Assembly (NCBI GenBank): GCA_001302245.1
Contig: LGYU01000015.1
Coordinates: forward strand, 96,744 to 160,743
Reading direction: 5' to 3'
Length of the DNA stretch: 64,000 nt
DNA from: Chitinophagaceae bacterium PMP191F
GTDB taxonomy: Bacteria > Bacteroidota > Bacteroidia > Chitinophagales > Chitinophagaceae
A program made the position numbers and the translations under genes. Under the pieces are notes generated by a model. The model saw only the letters and a program-made list of their open reading frames with translations, did no database searches and was not told where the DNA came from. This document shows, in pieces, positions 49,310 to 61,934 of the stretch (the first letter of the stretch is position 1; each line of letters opens with the position of its first letter).

Positions 49310-51157
49310 ATGAAACAATTGCTCCTGCTGCTGTTTGCATGTTGCTGTACAACTGGTTATAGCCAGTTTACACCTTTTCGTTTCGCGCATATTTCCGACA
49401 CGCACATAGGTTCGCCCAACGGCTCGGCTGAAGAAGATCTGCGACGTACGGTGAATGATCTCAACGCTCAACCCGGTGTAGCTTTTGCCATTATTACCGG
49501 TGACATTACCGAACTGGGAACAGATGAGCAGCTAAAACTGGCCAAACAGATACTGGACAGTCTGAAACTGCCTTACTATATTATTCCCGGCAATCATGAT
49601 GCAGGATGGAGTGAAAGTGGTGGTGTAAGTTTCGTTCGCACTTTCGGGTATGATAAGTTCACATTCGACTATCATGGTGTACGTTTTATTGGTTGTGCAT
49701 CGGGTCCGTATGTACGCATGAGTGACGGACATATTCCGCGTGATGCAGTTGTTTGGCTGGATAAATTACTGGCAAAAACCCCGCGTGAACAACCTGTTAT
49801 TTTTTGTAACCACTATCCGCTTACCAAAGATCTCGATAACTGGTACGAAGCAATCGACAGACTAAAGCAACACAATACCATCCTGGATATCTGTGGACAC
49901 GGGCATGTAAACAAAGTATACAATTTTGAAGGTATTCCAGGTATTATGGGCCGTTCAAACCTGCGTGCAAAAGCTGCTATTGGTGGTTATAACCTGGTAG
50001 ATGTGCGTACTGATTCCATTGTGTATCAGGAAAGGCGACCTGGTGTGGAGACTTTGGCATCATGGGCAGCTGTTAAAACAGAGCGGCATGTGTATAAGCC
50101 TTCCAAATCCTCTGAGCGACCTGATTACAGTATCAATACGCACTATAAACAAGTGCGTGCTGCATGGATCTTTGTATCTGATGCCAATGTTATTTCCACG
50201 CCTGCTGTTACCAATGGACTGGTGATCTTTGGCAACCAGCAGGGAGAAGTCGTGGCGTTGTCATTGCGGAAAGGAAAAAAGAAATGGTCTTTTGCTACAC
50301 AGGGCTCAGTTTTTTCATCGCCCGCTTTTCAGGATGACAAGGTGGTGCTGGGTTCCGGCGACGGCTATGTATATTGTCTGCAGGCTGCGACCGGTAAATT
50401 ATTATGGAAAACGAAAACAGGCGCTGCTGTATTAGGATGTCCTGTCATAGTGCAGGATACCGTATTTATAGGTGGAAGTGATCATCACTTCCATGCGCTG
50501 AGTATAAAAAATGGTTCAGTACTATGGCAATTTGCGGGACTGAATGGTCCTGTAGTAAGTACACCACTGGTATATGAGAACAAGATCATATTTGGCGCGT
50601 GGGACAGGAACCTGTATGCATTGGAAAGAAGTAACGGCAACCTGTTGTGGACATGGAGCAACGGATCGTCTGTGATCAACTTCTCGCCGGCCTCCTGTAT
50701 TCCGGTGGTGCACAACGGAGCTGTATTTGTAGTAGCACCTGACCGTTATATCAGTGCCATTGATGCAGCTACAGGCACTACATTATGGCGTAATAATGAA
50801 GCGACAGTGCGTGAATCAATCGGCATTTCCAATGATGGTAAATGGATTTATGGCAAAACCATGCAGGATACCGTTGTTGCTTATGCTGCCAGTCGTGAAC
50901 CGCAACACCCGGCGTGGAAATTGCATGCCGGTTTTGGCTATGAGCATGTTCCTTCCATGCTGATTGAAAAAGAAGGACAGGTGTTTTTCGGAACGCGCAG
51001 TGGTGTGGTATATGCCATTGGCCCGGCACAGCAAAAAGTAATATGGGCGTATAAAATTGATAACTCCATGATCAATACGGTGCGTGTGCTGGATAAAAAT
51101 AACCTGGTTGTAGCTACGATGGATGGGAAAGTAACATTGCTGAAGATATCTCCATAA
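49310..51157 (+). CDS. Secreted fusion of a calcineurin-like metallophosphoesterase and a PQQ-like beta-propeller
   Basis: Signal peptide. MPE motifs HISDTH, GDITELG and GNHD. The C-terminal half holds repeated (A/V)xTGxxLW PQQ/WD-like blades (ATGKLLWK, KNGSVLWQ, SNGNLLWT, ATGTTLWR). Confidence 0.7.
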   Translation: MKQLLLLLFACCCTTGYSQFTPFRFAHISDTHIGSPNGSAEEDLRRTVNDLNAQPGVAFAIITGDITELGTDEQLKLAKQILDSLKLPYYIIPGNHDAGWSESGGVSFVRTFGYDKFTFDYHGVRFIGCASGPYVRMSDGHIPRDAVVWLDKLLAKTPREQPVIFCNHYPLTKDLDNWYEAIDRLKQHNTILDICGHGHVNKVYNFEGIPGIMGRSNLRAKAAIGGYNLVDVRTDSIVYQERRPGVETLASWAAVKTERHVYKPSKSSERPDYSINTHYKQVRAAWIFVSDANVISTPAVTNGLVIFGNQQGEVVALSLRKGKKKWSFATQGSVFSSPAFQDDKVVLGSGDGYVYCLQAATGKLLWKTKTGAAVLGCPVIVQDTVFIGGSDHHFHALSIKNGSVLWQFAGLNGPVVSTPLVYENKIIFGAWDRNLYALERSNGNLLWTWSNGSSVINFSPASCIPVVHNGAVFVVAPDRYISAIDAATGTTLWRNNEATVRESIGISNDGKWIYGKTMQDTVVAYAASREPQHPAWKLHAGFGYEHVPSMLIEKEGQVFFGTRSGVVYAIGPAQQKVIWAYKIDNSMINTVRVLDKNNLVVATMDGKVTLLKISP

Positions 51158-51179
51158 AGCATTACCGGAGCTAAATAAT

Positions 51180-51539
51180 TTACATGGTCAGATCACCGGT
51201 CCAACTGGTATAGGAAGGACTGGGTTGCCCGGGAATAAGATAGGATACCACAAATCCGGTACAGGTTAAAGTGCCTGCTGAATAAGAAATTCGGGTATCA
51301 TTGTCGTAACCTAGAACGGTATAAGCAACTCCGGCTGAAGGAGAGTATACAGTGATGCCTGTCACTTTCTGCCGACCGGGGTTATAATCAATGGTTACAA
51401 TAACATTGCCATCATTAAAGTAGCCTTCCACAATAATTCTTGTTTCGGCTAAGGTTTTAGTAGTGTCAGTAGTGGCGTTGGTAAAGGATGTACTTAAAAT
51501 GATGCAGCAAATAGCTGCGATGCAGGATTTGATTCTCAT
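51180..51539 (-). CDS. Hypothetical small secreted beta-rich protein
   Basis: 119 aa. Signal peptide AAICCIILSTSFTNA. Ser/Thr/Tyr/Gly-rich. Confidence 0.35.
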   Translation of the reverse strand: MRIKSCIAAICCIILSTSFTNATTDTTKTLAETRIIVEGYFNDGNVIVTIDYNPGRQKVTGITVYSPSAGVAYTVLGYDNDTRISYSAGTLTCTGFVVSYLIPGQPSPSYTSWTGDLTM

Positions 51540-51690
51540 AAAGGATAAATTTTAATGGTTTAAAATGGGATAGCTCCGGTTATGCTTATCAGTAAGTTAA
51601 GGAAAATTACTGTGAACATAGTTAATGTGGTTTTCCATGTATTATTGCTTGCTGTTTGTTACTACACCTGATCGGGCAGAGTTGTACCAT

Positions 51691-51718
51691 AAAAAAATCC
51701 CGCTTTGGAAGGCGGGAT
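51691..51718 (-). terminator. Rho-independent terminator for the E2 gene (minus strand)
   Basis: atcccgc/gcgggat stem with an 8-nt loop. Preceded on + by A7. Confidence 0.6.
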
Positions 51719-51749
51719 TTGCATATTGAAAATATATTGGTTCTTTGTA

Positions 51750-53426
51750 TTACACCAGCATGGTAAGCGGCTCTTCCAGAAAACCTTGCAGGGTTTGCAG
51801 GAAAGCTGCACCAGTGGCACCATCTACTACGCGATGATCGCAGGTGAGGGTTACCTTCATAACGTTGGCTACCACGATCTGACCATTTTTCACAACAGGT
51901 ACCTGGTTGATAGCGCCTACAGCCAGGATACAGGATGCCGGCGGGTTGATGATAGCAGTAAATTCTTCGATGCCAAACATACCCAGGTTAGAGATTGTGA
52001 AAGTGTTGCCTTCCCACTCAGATGGTTGCAGCTTTTTGCTTTTTGCTCTTTGTGCGAAGTCTTTTACTTCTCCTGCGATCTGTGAAAGCGATTTAGTATC
52101 TGCAAAACGAACTACGGGTACCAGTAATCCTTCCTCAACCGCTACTGCCACACCGATACTTACGTGGTGGTTTACACGAATGGTGTCGCCCATCCAACTG
52201 CTGTTAATAGCAGGATGTTTTTTCAATGCAATGGCACATGCTTTCAGCACCATGTCATTGAAAGATATTTTGTTGGCAGAAATTTCATTCATTTTAGCAC
52301 GGCTTGCCACTGCTTTGTCCATGTTGATCTCCATGGTGAGGTAAAATTCAGGAGCCGAGAATTTAACCTCAGACAAACGACGGCTGATCACCTTACGCAT
52401 TTGTGAAACAGGTACATCATCAAAGCTTACCTGTCCGGCCGGAGCAGTTGATGTTGCAGCAGGCGCACCGGAAGCAGCAGCAGGAACTGATGCCGCAGAA
52501 GGCGTATAGTTATCAATGTCTTTTTTGACAATGCGTCCACCATCACCGGAACCGGCAATTTTAGCAATATCAATGCCTTTTTCAGAAGCCAGTTTTTTAG
52601 CCAGCGGAGATGCTTTTACACGGCCATTTTCGGAAGCAGCAGCGGGTGCCTCAGTAGCAGCAGTGGCTGTAGCAGTAGCAGCGGCAGGCTGAGCCTGTTC
52701 GGCAGCAGGAGCTGCAGCTTGTTGCAATGCGCCGCTGCCGGTAGTACCGCCGTTTTTAGCAGTTGCAACGATCTTGTCAACATCTACTTTACTGGCATCG
52801 CCAATAATGCACAACAGGGCGTTTACAGGAACCTTGTCGCCTTTCTGTGCACCGATATATAATAGCGTACCTTCTTTATAGCTTTCCAGTTCCATGGTGG
52901 CCTTATCTGTTTCCACATCGGCCAGTAGGTCACCTTTTTTCACCGGATCACCCACTTTTTTATGCCAGCCGGCAATGACGCCTTCGGTCATAGTATCACT
53001 GAGACGGGGCATCAGGATCACTTCCTGCATGGTAGACAGGTCGAGTGATGCACCACCGGTTGCCGCAGGAGCAGGAGCGGCTGGTGCGGTTTTGGCTTCA
53101 GCAGCAGGAGCTGGTGCGGGAGCTTCTGTTTTTGCAGGAGCAGCGGCAGCAGCGCCACCACCTGATACCAGTGAGCTGATATCTTCGCCCGGAGCACCAA
53201 TAATGGCCAGCAGATCATTTACCTGCAGTTTGCCACCTTTTTGAGTACCGATATGTAAAAGAGTGCCATCCTTGTAGCTTTCCAGTTCCATGGTGGCTTT
53301 ATCTGTTTCCACTTCGGCCAGCAGATCGCCTTTTTTTACTGTATCGCCTACCTTTTTGTGCCAGGCCGCAATGACGCCTTCTGTCATTGTATCGCTCAAC
53401 CTGGGCATTAAAATCACTTCAGCCAT
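51750..53426 (-). CDS. Pyruvate/2-oxoacid dehydrogenase E2 (dihydrolipoyllysine-residue acetyltransferase) with two lipoyl domains
   Basis: Two copies of VETDKATMELES (lipoyl-lysine). Ala/Pro linkers. E3-binding domain. Catalytic domain with DHRVVDG. Confidence 0.9.
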   Translation of the reverse strand: MAEVILMPRLSDTMTEGVIAAWHKKVGDTVKKGDLLAEVETDKATMELESYKDGTLLHIGTQKGGKLQVNDLLAIIGAPGEDISSLVSGGGAAAAAPAKTEAPAPAPAAEAKTAPAAPAPAATGGASLDLSTMQEVILMPRLSDTMTEGVIAGWHKKVGDPVKKGDLLADVETDKATMELESYKEGTLLYIGAQKGDKVPVNALLCIIGDASKVDVDKIVATAKNGGTTGSGALQQAAAPAAEQAQPAAATATATAATEAPAAASENGRVKASPLAKKLASEKGIDIAKIAGSGDGGRIVKKDIDNYTPSAASVPAAASGAPAATSTAPAGQVSFDDVPVSQMRKVISRRLSEVKFSAPEFYLTMEINMDKAVASRAKMNEISANKISFNDMVLKACAIALKKHPAINSSWMGDTIRVNHHVSIGVAVAVEEGLLVPVVRFADTKSLSQIAGEVKDFAQRAKSKKLQPSEWEGNTFTISNLGMFGIEEFTAIINPPASCILAVGAINQVPVVKNGQIVVANVMKVTLTCDHRVVDGATGAAFLQTLQGFLEEPLTMLV

Positions 53427-53694
53427 ATGTGTATCAATAATTTGAGAAAATTGGGTTCCGGTTCATTTGCGACGCCGAAATTACAGCAAAATGAGGAATT
53501 GAAAACATGCTTCATGGAAATATGGTAAATGCTGCATTCACAGGGCAAAAAACTGCAGATTTTTGAAGAAAAAGCGCGTTGATATATGGTGTTAATTTGA
53601 TATGCGAAAATACAAGGCAATGCCACCCATTGTTTTTGCAACAGGACCGCAATGCCGGAAATAGTATAGTTATCTGCAAAGAATTGGTCTGAAA

Positions 53695-55545
53695 CTACTC
53701 AACACCCAGTTTCAGCTTGTCTTTTAATTCCAGTACCAACGGGTACTGCTCTACAATTTTGATGAACTGATCGCGGGTGGTAAGAGGTTTTTCTACGGGC
53801 CCTGTATCGATCGTTGGATTATCACTTACCAGGATGCTGAACAACAACTGGCGGTTATTGAATTTTTCCTGCAGGTATTCTGATAATACACGACGTTCCT
53901 GTTCAATAAATTTTTGTTCCAGGTTGTTATTGGTCACCACTTCAAAACAACCATCATTAATGATGTTCAATGTGGCCATGTAAAATGACTGGAAGGCCGG
54001 ATTACGGTTGTCTTTCAGGTCTTTGGCAAACTGGTTCCAATATTCCATCAGTTTATCTGTAGAAAGCGGAATAGCAGCCGTATTGCCGTGTGTTGGCCTG
54101 TTGGCAAATTGCTGCCGGATGTTCTGTAGCATGCCCAGCTTGCTGCCACCGGCAGCAGGTGTTTGCTGCGAAGCAATTTGCTGTGCCGGACGTTCAACTG
54201 GTGGTGTTTGTGTGGGAGTAGAAGCTGTCTGATAAGGAACTTTGGGTTCCTCAATGATCAGTTTCGCCTCGTTCTGTGAAGCAGATGTGCGGTATTCAAC
54301 AGGCACCTTTTCCGGCTGTGTTGCCGCTACTTTCTTTTCCTTAGGCGCATCAGCCTTTCTTACCTCATTGATATTGCGGAATGCAATCGGTTTTGCTGTC
54401 TCAATCAGTTTTTTTTTACCAACTCCTTCGTCTGAAGTAGTGAAACTGATAGCCTGTTGCAGATAGGTTAGTTTGATGAGCGCTAATTCAACATGCAGCC
54501 GCTTATTACGGGCTGCCTTGAAGTTGATCTCTGCTTCATTCAATATGTTCAATGCGCTGATAAGATAAGCCGCTGATACCTGTTGTGCAGTACGTACATA
54601 CCTGTCACGGAAGCTTTCTACCACTTCCATCAACCTGGCTGCTTTTTCATCTTTACATACCAGCAGGTTGCGTATAAATTCAGCAAGACCATTCAGCACC
54701 AGGTCACCTTCAAAACCTTTACGGTCAATATCATCATACAACAGCATGGCACCGGCAAGATCCTGTTGCAGCATACAATCTATAAGACGGAAATAATAAT
54801 CTGCATCCAGGATGTTCAGGTGCTCCAGTGTATTGGCATAGGTAACTTCACCATTGGTAAAGCTGACTATTTTATCCATAATACTCAACGCATCGCGCAT
54901 ACAACCCTCGCTTTTCTGGGCAATCAGTTGTAGTGCTGCTGCATCGGCCTGTGTCTCTTCTTTGCGGCAGATATCCTGCAGGTGTGCTACTGTATCCTGC
55001 GTGGTAATGCGTTTGAAGTCGAATATCTGGCATCGGCTTAAGATCGTTGGCAGGATCTTGTGTTTTTCGGTAGTGGCCAGGATGAAAATAGCATAGGGTG
55101 GTGGTTCTTCCAGCGTTTTCAGAAAAGCATTGAAAGCTGAAGAACTGAGCATGTGTACCTCATCGATGATGTACACCTTGTAGGCGCCCGCCTGCGGGGC
55201 AAAGCGTACCTGCTCTACCAGCGTGCGGATATCATCTACAGAGTTGTTGCTGGCAGCATCCAGCTCATGTATATTCAGTGAAGTACCTTCGTTGAAAGAT
55301 GTACAGGAATGACATTCATTACATGCTTCACCATCTTTAGTGGGGTTTTCACAATTGATGGTTTTAGCAAGAATACGCGCACAGGTGGTTTTACCAACGC
55401 CCCGCGGACCACAAAACAAAAAGGCATGCGCCAGTTGCTGATGTTTGATGGCATTTTTAAGTGTAGTCGTAATATGTGCCTGCCCCACTACTGTGTCAAA
55501 AGTCTGGGGTCTGTATTTGCGTGCTGAAACGATAAATTTATCCAT
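53695..55545 (-). CDS. dnaX: DNA polymerase III subunits gamma/tau
   Basis: YRPQTFDTVVGQ. Walker A GPRGVGKTT. Zinc module CNECHSC. DEVHML. Preferred start MDKFIV at 55545. Confidence 0.9.
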   Translation of the reverse strand: MDKFIVSARKYRPQTFDTVVGQAHITTTLKNAIKHQQLAHAFLFCGPRGVGKTTCARILAKTINCENPTKDGEACNECHSCTSFNEGTSLNIHELDAASNNSVDDIRTLVEQVRFAPQAGAYKVYIIDEVHMLSSSAFNAFLKTLEEPPPYAIFILATTEKHKILPTILSRCQIFDFKRITTQDTVAHLQDICRKEETQADAAALQLIAQKSEGCMRDALSIMDKIVSFTNGEVTYANTLEHLNILDADYYFRLIDCMLQQDLAGAMLLYDDIDRKGFEGDLVLNGLAEFIRNLLVCKDEKAARLMEVVESFRDRYVRTAQQVSAAYLISALNILNEAEINFKAARNKRLHVELALIKLTYLQQAISFTTSDEGVGKKKLIETAKPIAFRNINEVRKADAPKEKKVAATQPEKVPVEYRTSASQNEAKLIIEEPKVPYQTASTPTQTPPVERPAQQIASQQTPAAGGSKLGMLQNIRQQFANRPTHGNTAAIPLSTDKLMEYWNQFAKDLKDNRNPAFQSFYMATLNIINDGCFEVVTNNNLEQKFIEQERRVLSEYLQEKFNNRQLLFSILVSDNPTIDTGPVEKPLTTRDQFIKIVEQYPLVLELKDKLKLGVE

Positions 55546-55727
55546 GTCGGTACCTGTCTGCGGCAAATGTAAGTAATTAGCAGAGACCTTTGGAGATGAA
55601 AACCACTCTCCCCTGACAGGAATAACAGTAACAGGAAATTATGTGGAAAATTAAACCATACCCGGCTGTCGTTTGTTGAGAGTCAGTAAGTTATTTTTAG
55701 ATGCCGCATTTTTAAAATACTGCAATC

Positions 55728-56654
55728 ATGAAACTACATACCATACTTGGCGCCGGTGGTACTGTAAGCAATCAATTGCTGCCAGTATTGCTGGAAAATA
55801 AAGAACAGGTGCGACTGGTTTCAAGGCAACCGGTTCCGAACAGTCATGCTGAAGTAGTAAGTGCAGATATTATGGATTATCCGCAAACGTTGCGGGCGAT
55901 TCAGGGCTCTTCTGTTGTTTATCTGCTGGCCGGGTTGAAATATGATATCCGTGTATGGCGGGAAAGCTGGCCCAAAATCATCAGTAATGTTATCAATGCC
56001 TGTAAAGCCACCGAAAGCAAACTGATATTTTTTGACAATGTGTATATGTATGGCAGAGTAGATGGGATAATGACGGAAACAACACCGTTCAATCCCGTCA
56101 GCAGGAAAGGAGAGGTAAGGGCTGCCATTGCTTCTCAATTGCTGCATGAAATGAATACCGGCAATCTGCAGGCACAGATTGCCCGTGCGGCCGATTTTTA
56201 TGGTCCGGGTGCAGATAAAACCGGTGTACCCAATATGCTGGTGTTTGCCAATTTAAAAAAAGGGAAAAAGGCGCAGTGGCTGGGAAACGCAAATGTACCA
56301 CACTCCTTTACCTATATTCCGGATACCGGTAAGGCATTGTACCTGCTGGCAAACCGCGATAATGCCTTCGGACAAACCTGGCATTTACCAACAGCAGCCA
56401 ATCCTTTAACCGGTAAACAATTTGTACAACAGGCTGCTGCAGCTATGCAGAAAAATGCATCAGTAAGCGTCATTTCTTCCTGGATGATGCAACTGGGAGG
56501 ACTGTTTAACAGAAATATTGCTGAACTGGTGGAAATGAATTACCAAAGCGTGTATCCATACTTGTTTGATTCTTCAAAATTCAATGCGGAGTTCGGATTT
56601 ACACCAACATCGTATGCGGAGGGAATCAGGGCTACGGTAGATGTGTACAGATAG
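55728..56654 (+). CDS. NAD-dependent epimerase/dehydratase-family SDR
   Basis: Rossmann motif ILGAGGTVSNQL. 308 aa, extended-SDR layout. Confidence 0.7.
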   Translation: MKLHTILGAGGTVSNQLLPVLLENKEQVRLVSRQPVPNSHAEVVSADIMDYPQTLRAIQGSSVVYLLAGLKYDIRVWRESWPKIISNVINACKATESKLIFFDNVYMYGRVDGIMTETTPFNPVSRKGEVRAAIASQLLHEMNTGNLQAQIARAADFYGPGADKTGVPNMLVFANLKKGKKAQWLGNANVPHSFTYIPDTGKALYLLANRDNAFGQTWHLPTAANPLTGKQFVQQAAAAMQKNASVSVISSWMMQLGGLFNRNIAELVEMNYQSVYPYLFDSSKFNAEFGFTPTSYAEGIRATVDVYR

Positions 56655-56748
56655 GGGTTGGGAATTAGGTTTTTGCTGTTAGCGAGCCCTTGCCAACTTT
56701 TCAACTATTACTCCTTGAGTCCTGTTCCTTCTCTCTTTCCGATTTCTT

Positions 56749-57930
56749 CTACACCAGCACCGGGTGCGGCTTAAATTCTTTCATCCTGTCGAACAGGTAG
56801 CGGTAGGTAGTAAGTGTGCGTGAGCGGAATACATCACCCAGGTTCTCCACCACATTGATCATTTTAGGATTGAAATCGCCGATCCATTGCATCTCATATT
56901 CGGAGTAAGGAGACTGCGTAGTGCCAACAAATTTATCTGCTTCAATGATCATGTAAGCGTCAATTCCTTTTGCCTGGAATTCCGGTACAATGCCAAAAGC
57001 GATGCCTGTGAATTTTTTGTTGCGTTTTGTTTTCTTGATCCACAGGAATTTTAATTTATGCAGCAGGTTGAATTGGCCATCCAGGTATTTGAACCATTGG
57101 TTCAGATCGGGCAGATTGATGAACATGGCAATCGGCTCTTCATGGTGATAGGTAAACCAGATGATACGTTCATCCATTACCGGCTTCATCATGCGGAACA
57201 TGGTCAGCACCTGGTCTTTTTTCAGTTCCTTCATGCCTCCATGACCGGCCCATGCTTTATTGTAAACAATAGTAAAATCACCGGCAAACTTTTCCAGGTT
57301 GTTTTTACGGATTGTGATCACTTTGAAAGCAGGATTGCTGGCATATACTGCATGGCGTTCAAACAACTTGGGGTTCTTGGGCGCACGGGGATCCATACCA
57401 AAACAGATCTGGTTAAAAAAAGGTTTGAACCCGTAATTTTCAAACAACTCTTTATAGTAAGGCGGATTGTAGTTCATGCAATACAGTGGTTCCTGAAAAC
57501 CTTCTGTAGCCAATCCCCACCAACGATCGCGTTCACCAAAATTAATGGGACCATCCATGGCCTGCATACCCTGTTGAAGTAACCAATGCCTGGCAACATC
57601 AAAAAGCATATCGGCAGCTTGCTGATCATTGATCACATCAAAAAAGCCAATTCCGCCTACAGCTCCATCATCTCCTTTGTTCTTGTATTTTTTATTGACA
57701 AATGCGGCAATACGGCCAATCAACTTGCCATTATTGTCTTTCAGTAACCAGCGTTTGCAGATACCATGCCGGAAAGCCTTGTTGCGGGCAGGATCAAATA
57801 CCGCATCAACATCTTTATCCAGTGGACGGATATAGTTTGGCACCTGCTGAAGCAATTCAACATTTACCCTTATAAAATCCCGGCTTTCGGCTGCATTCGT
57901 AATTTCCTGTAACTGCATGTCTGCTGGCAA
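56749..57930 (-). CDS. Hypothetical protein (possible GNAT/FemAB-like acyltransferase fold)
   Basis: 393 aa, soluble, no clear motif. The fold guess has low confidence. Confidence 0.35.
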   Translation of the reverse strand: MPADMQLQEITNAAESRDFIRVNVELLQQVPNYIRPLDKDVDAVFDPARNKAFRHGICKRWLLKDNNGKLIGRIAAFVNKKYKNKGDDGAVGGIGFFDVINDQQAADMLFDVARHWLLQQGMQAMDGPINFGERDRWWGLATEGFQEPLYCMNYNPPYYKELFENYGFKPFFNQICFGMDPRAPKNPKLFERHAVYASNPAFKVITIRKNNLEKFAGDFTIVYNKAWAGHGGMKELKKDQVLTMFRMMKPVMDERIIWFTYHHEEPIAMFINLPDLNQWFKYLDGQFNLLHKLKFLWIKKTKRNKKFTGIAFGIVPEFQAKGIDAYMIIEADKFVGTTQSPYSEYEMQWIGDFNPKMINVVENLGDVFRSRTLTTYRYLFDRMKEFKPHPVLV

Positions 57931-58003
57931 TAATTGCGAAACGCAAATAAAACAAAAAAGGTGCTCAAAAAAGCACCTTAGTCGTTAATATTCAAATATA
58001 CTG

Positions 58004-59917
58004 TTAATTCAATTTATTTGCTGCAGGCGTTTCTTTCAGATATTTATCCAGAAATTGTAATATCTGTCCGTATCCTTTTATTTCATTTTCTTTTTTACGA
58101 AAGCCATGTCCTTCATCGGAAAAAATAGTGTATTCAACAGGTACGTTATTCTTTTTTACCGCTGCAACTACTTCATCACTTTCAATTTTTAATACCCGTG
58201 GGTCATTAGCTCCCTGTAATACCATCAGTGGACTTTTAATATTGCCGGCGTGTAACAGCGGCGAATATTCTTTCAAGCGAATAGTATCTGCAGTATTGGG
58301 ATCACCGATCTCTTCGTATAAAGCATTTTTAAATGATTCCCAGTAAGGAGGAATTTCCCTCAGCGTGCGCAGCCAGTTGGCTACTCCAAACAGGTCTACT
58401 CCAACTTTAAATTCGCCGGGATGAAAACATTGCGCGGCCAATGTCATATAGCCGCCGTAGGAGCCGCCAATGATGCCGATCTTAGAGGAATCTATATATG
58501 GTAACGATGAAAGGTATTTTTTCCCCCAGATACAATCTTTCAGATCCTTATCTCCATGATTGCGATTATCCATCTTAAAGAAGGTTTTGCCATAACCACT
58601 GCTTCCGCGGTTATTTACTGCAAGTATGGCATAGCCATGATTGACCAGGTATTGGATCAGTGAAAAATATCCTGTTCTTGATTGTCCGCCCGGACCGCCA
58701 TGTACCCACACCAATGCAGGCACTTTATTGTCTTTGGATGCCTGCAGTGGTTTGTAGTAAATAGCCGGGATTTCAAGACCGTCAAATGATTTGAATCGTA
58801 CTACTTCTGCTGCCACCAGCTCATCTTCTTTGATCTCAGGGTTGAGCGTGTTTGTAAGGCGTTTTAATTCTTTGGTATTGAAATCATACACATAGATATT
58901 GTTGGGCGATTTGGAGTTGCCTACTGACAAACGCATTTTGTTCTCACTGCGACTGATATTTACAGCCTGTATATCGCCATCTTCTACTTTAGGAAAATCT
59001 ATTGGCTGACCGGTTTTGTGATCGAAAATATACAGTTTGTTAAGGCCATCTTCATTCACGCCTATCACCCTGTATTTTTCGTTGTAAGAAAGGTACATAT
59101 ACATGACATCCCATTTAGCAGAAAATACTTTTTCCTTTTTGCCGGTAGGAATATCGTATTTCATTACATACTGGTATTCGCTGCCTTCGTCGGTAGTATA
59201 GTATAAGGTGTTATTGTCTGTAGAGAATTGTAACGGAGAATTGCTGGATGCAATGCTGTCAGAATTAAGCTGGATGGTTTTCTGGTTTTTCCTGTCTACC
59301 AGGAATATATTGGAGGAAGAAGTGGTAATGGACTGTACAAGTGCCAGGTAACGTTCGTCATCTGATACTGCTGACACATCAAAGCCCTTGTCGTTTTTGT
59401 ACAGTAACCGGGGTGTCCACGTAGCAATATCCATTTTATAGAGATCAAAAAAACGTGGATCACGTTTGTTGCTGGTGTAATACATATATTTATTATCACG
59501 ACTCCAGTTCATAAAAGCGGCCTTTTCTTTTTCACCGGGTGTCAGGTCTTTTACAGTACCATCAGTTTTTTGGAGGTAGAGATGATCGTTCTCATTGCCT
59601 CCTTTATCTGCATCGTAAATGAAATTTTCGGTGCCCGGCACGTAATCATCTGCAAAAATGGATTCCTTAACAGATGTGGTCAGCGGTTTTTTCTGCCCGG
59701 ATTGCAGATCTATTTCGTATACATTATAAATACCGCTTTCATTACTGTTGATCAGCATTTTTTTGTCGTCGTTGGAAAAAGTACCACCACTGGTACTGGT
59801 GCTTTTGTAAAACTGTTCGATGGAGTATTGTGCTACCTGTTTGGGGGCGGGGGTTTTAGATTGATCACAGGCGTATATGCAGGCAAAAAGCAATCCTGCT
59901 ACAATGTATTTCTGCAT
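58004..59917 (-). CDS. S9-family serine peptidase (prolyl oligopeptidase / dipeptidyl-peptidase type) with an N-terminal beta-propeller
   Basis: Lipoprotein-like signal. Nucleophile motif GGSYGGYMT. Asp/His region QGANDPRV...DEGHGF. Confidence 0.85.
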   Translation of the reverse strand: MQKYIVAGLLFACIYACDQSKTPAPKQVAQYSIEQFYKSTSTSGGTFSNDDKKMLINSNESGIYNVYEIDLQSGQKKPLTTSVKESIFADDYVPGTENFIYDADKGGNENDHLYLQKTDGTVKDLTPGEKEKAAFMNWSRDNKYMYYTSNKRDPRFFDLYKMDIATWTPRLLYKNDKGFDVSAVSDDERYLALVQSITTSSSNIFLVDRKNQKTIQLNSDSIASSNSPLQFSTDNNTLYYTTDEGSEYQYVMKYDIPTGKKEKVFSAKWDVMYMYLSYNEKYRVIGVNEDGLNKLYIFDHKTGQPIDFPKVEDGDIQAVNISRSENKMRLSVGNSKSPNNIYVYDFNTKELKRLTNTLNPEIKEDELVAAEVVRFKSFDGLEIPAIYYKPLQASKDNKVPALVWVHGGPGGQSRTGYFSLIQYLVNHGYAILAVNNRGSSGYGKTFFKMDNRNHGDKDLKDCIWGKKYLSSLPYIDSSKIGIIGGSYGGYMTLAAQCFHPGEFKVGVDLFGVANWLRTLREIPPYWESFKNALYEEIGDPNTADTIRLKEYSPLLHAGNIKSPLMVLQGANDPRVLKIESDEVVAAVKKNNVPVEYTIFSDEGHGFRKKENEIKGYGQILQFLDKYLKETPAANKLN

Positions 59918-60425
59918 AAAATGTATTTTGGTTTAAATGGTTTAATGGATGCAGTAGGGCAGGAGAGCGGTTGTTTGCATAAGGAAACCTGCCATTAAGA
60001 TAAGAAATAATCGATGGTATGATGGTGATTCCGGAGGGGGAGAAATAAAAAAGAAGAGACGGACAGCCTCTCCTTTTAATAAACGGTAAGCACGTAACAA
60101 CTATATTATATACGTAGTTTGGAGGTACCGGGTTTCAGGGTGAGGATTTTTCTGCTGCCGGAAAATGACTAAAAAGAGGGTCCGGAAGCATTTTTTTGCT
60201 TCATTGTAGTTATAAACATTTGTGCAAAATGTTGAAAATCAAAATTTTAATACCAAAAAGATGCCGCCACCAAGAAATCTGTCAATACATTAAAAAATGT
60301 CTCCTTAACAAATTGGGAAATTATCCGCCCTCACTTACCTTTGCGGCCTGAAAAAGCGGGTTAAATAAAAGTCTGCTTGTCAGCCTGACCGACCGGGCTG
60401 AGCCCATAAAACATCTCTACATTAA

Positions 60426-61933
<1,508 letters not shown>

Positions 61934-61934
<1 letters not shown>

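Noticed and set aside
52860-53400. About 390-bp internal DNA duplication in the E2 gene
   Set aside because: It corresponds to the two lipoyl domains. This is ordinary domain duplication, at about 80% identity, not a mobile or repeat element.
55567-55727. Looked for an SRP RNA (ffs) next to dnaX, where it lies in some bacteria
   Set aside because: Neither flank of dnaX here (53427-53694 or 55567-55727) contains the conserved SRP domain-IV motif on either strand. No call was made.
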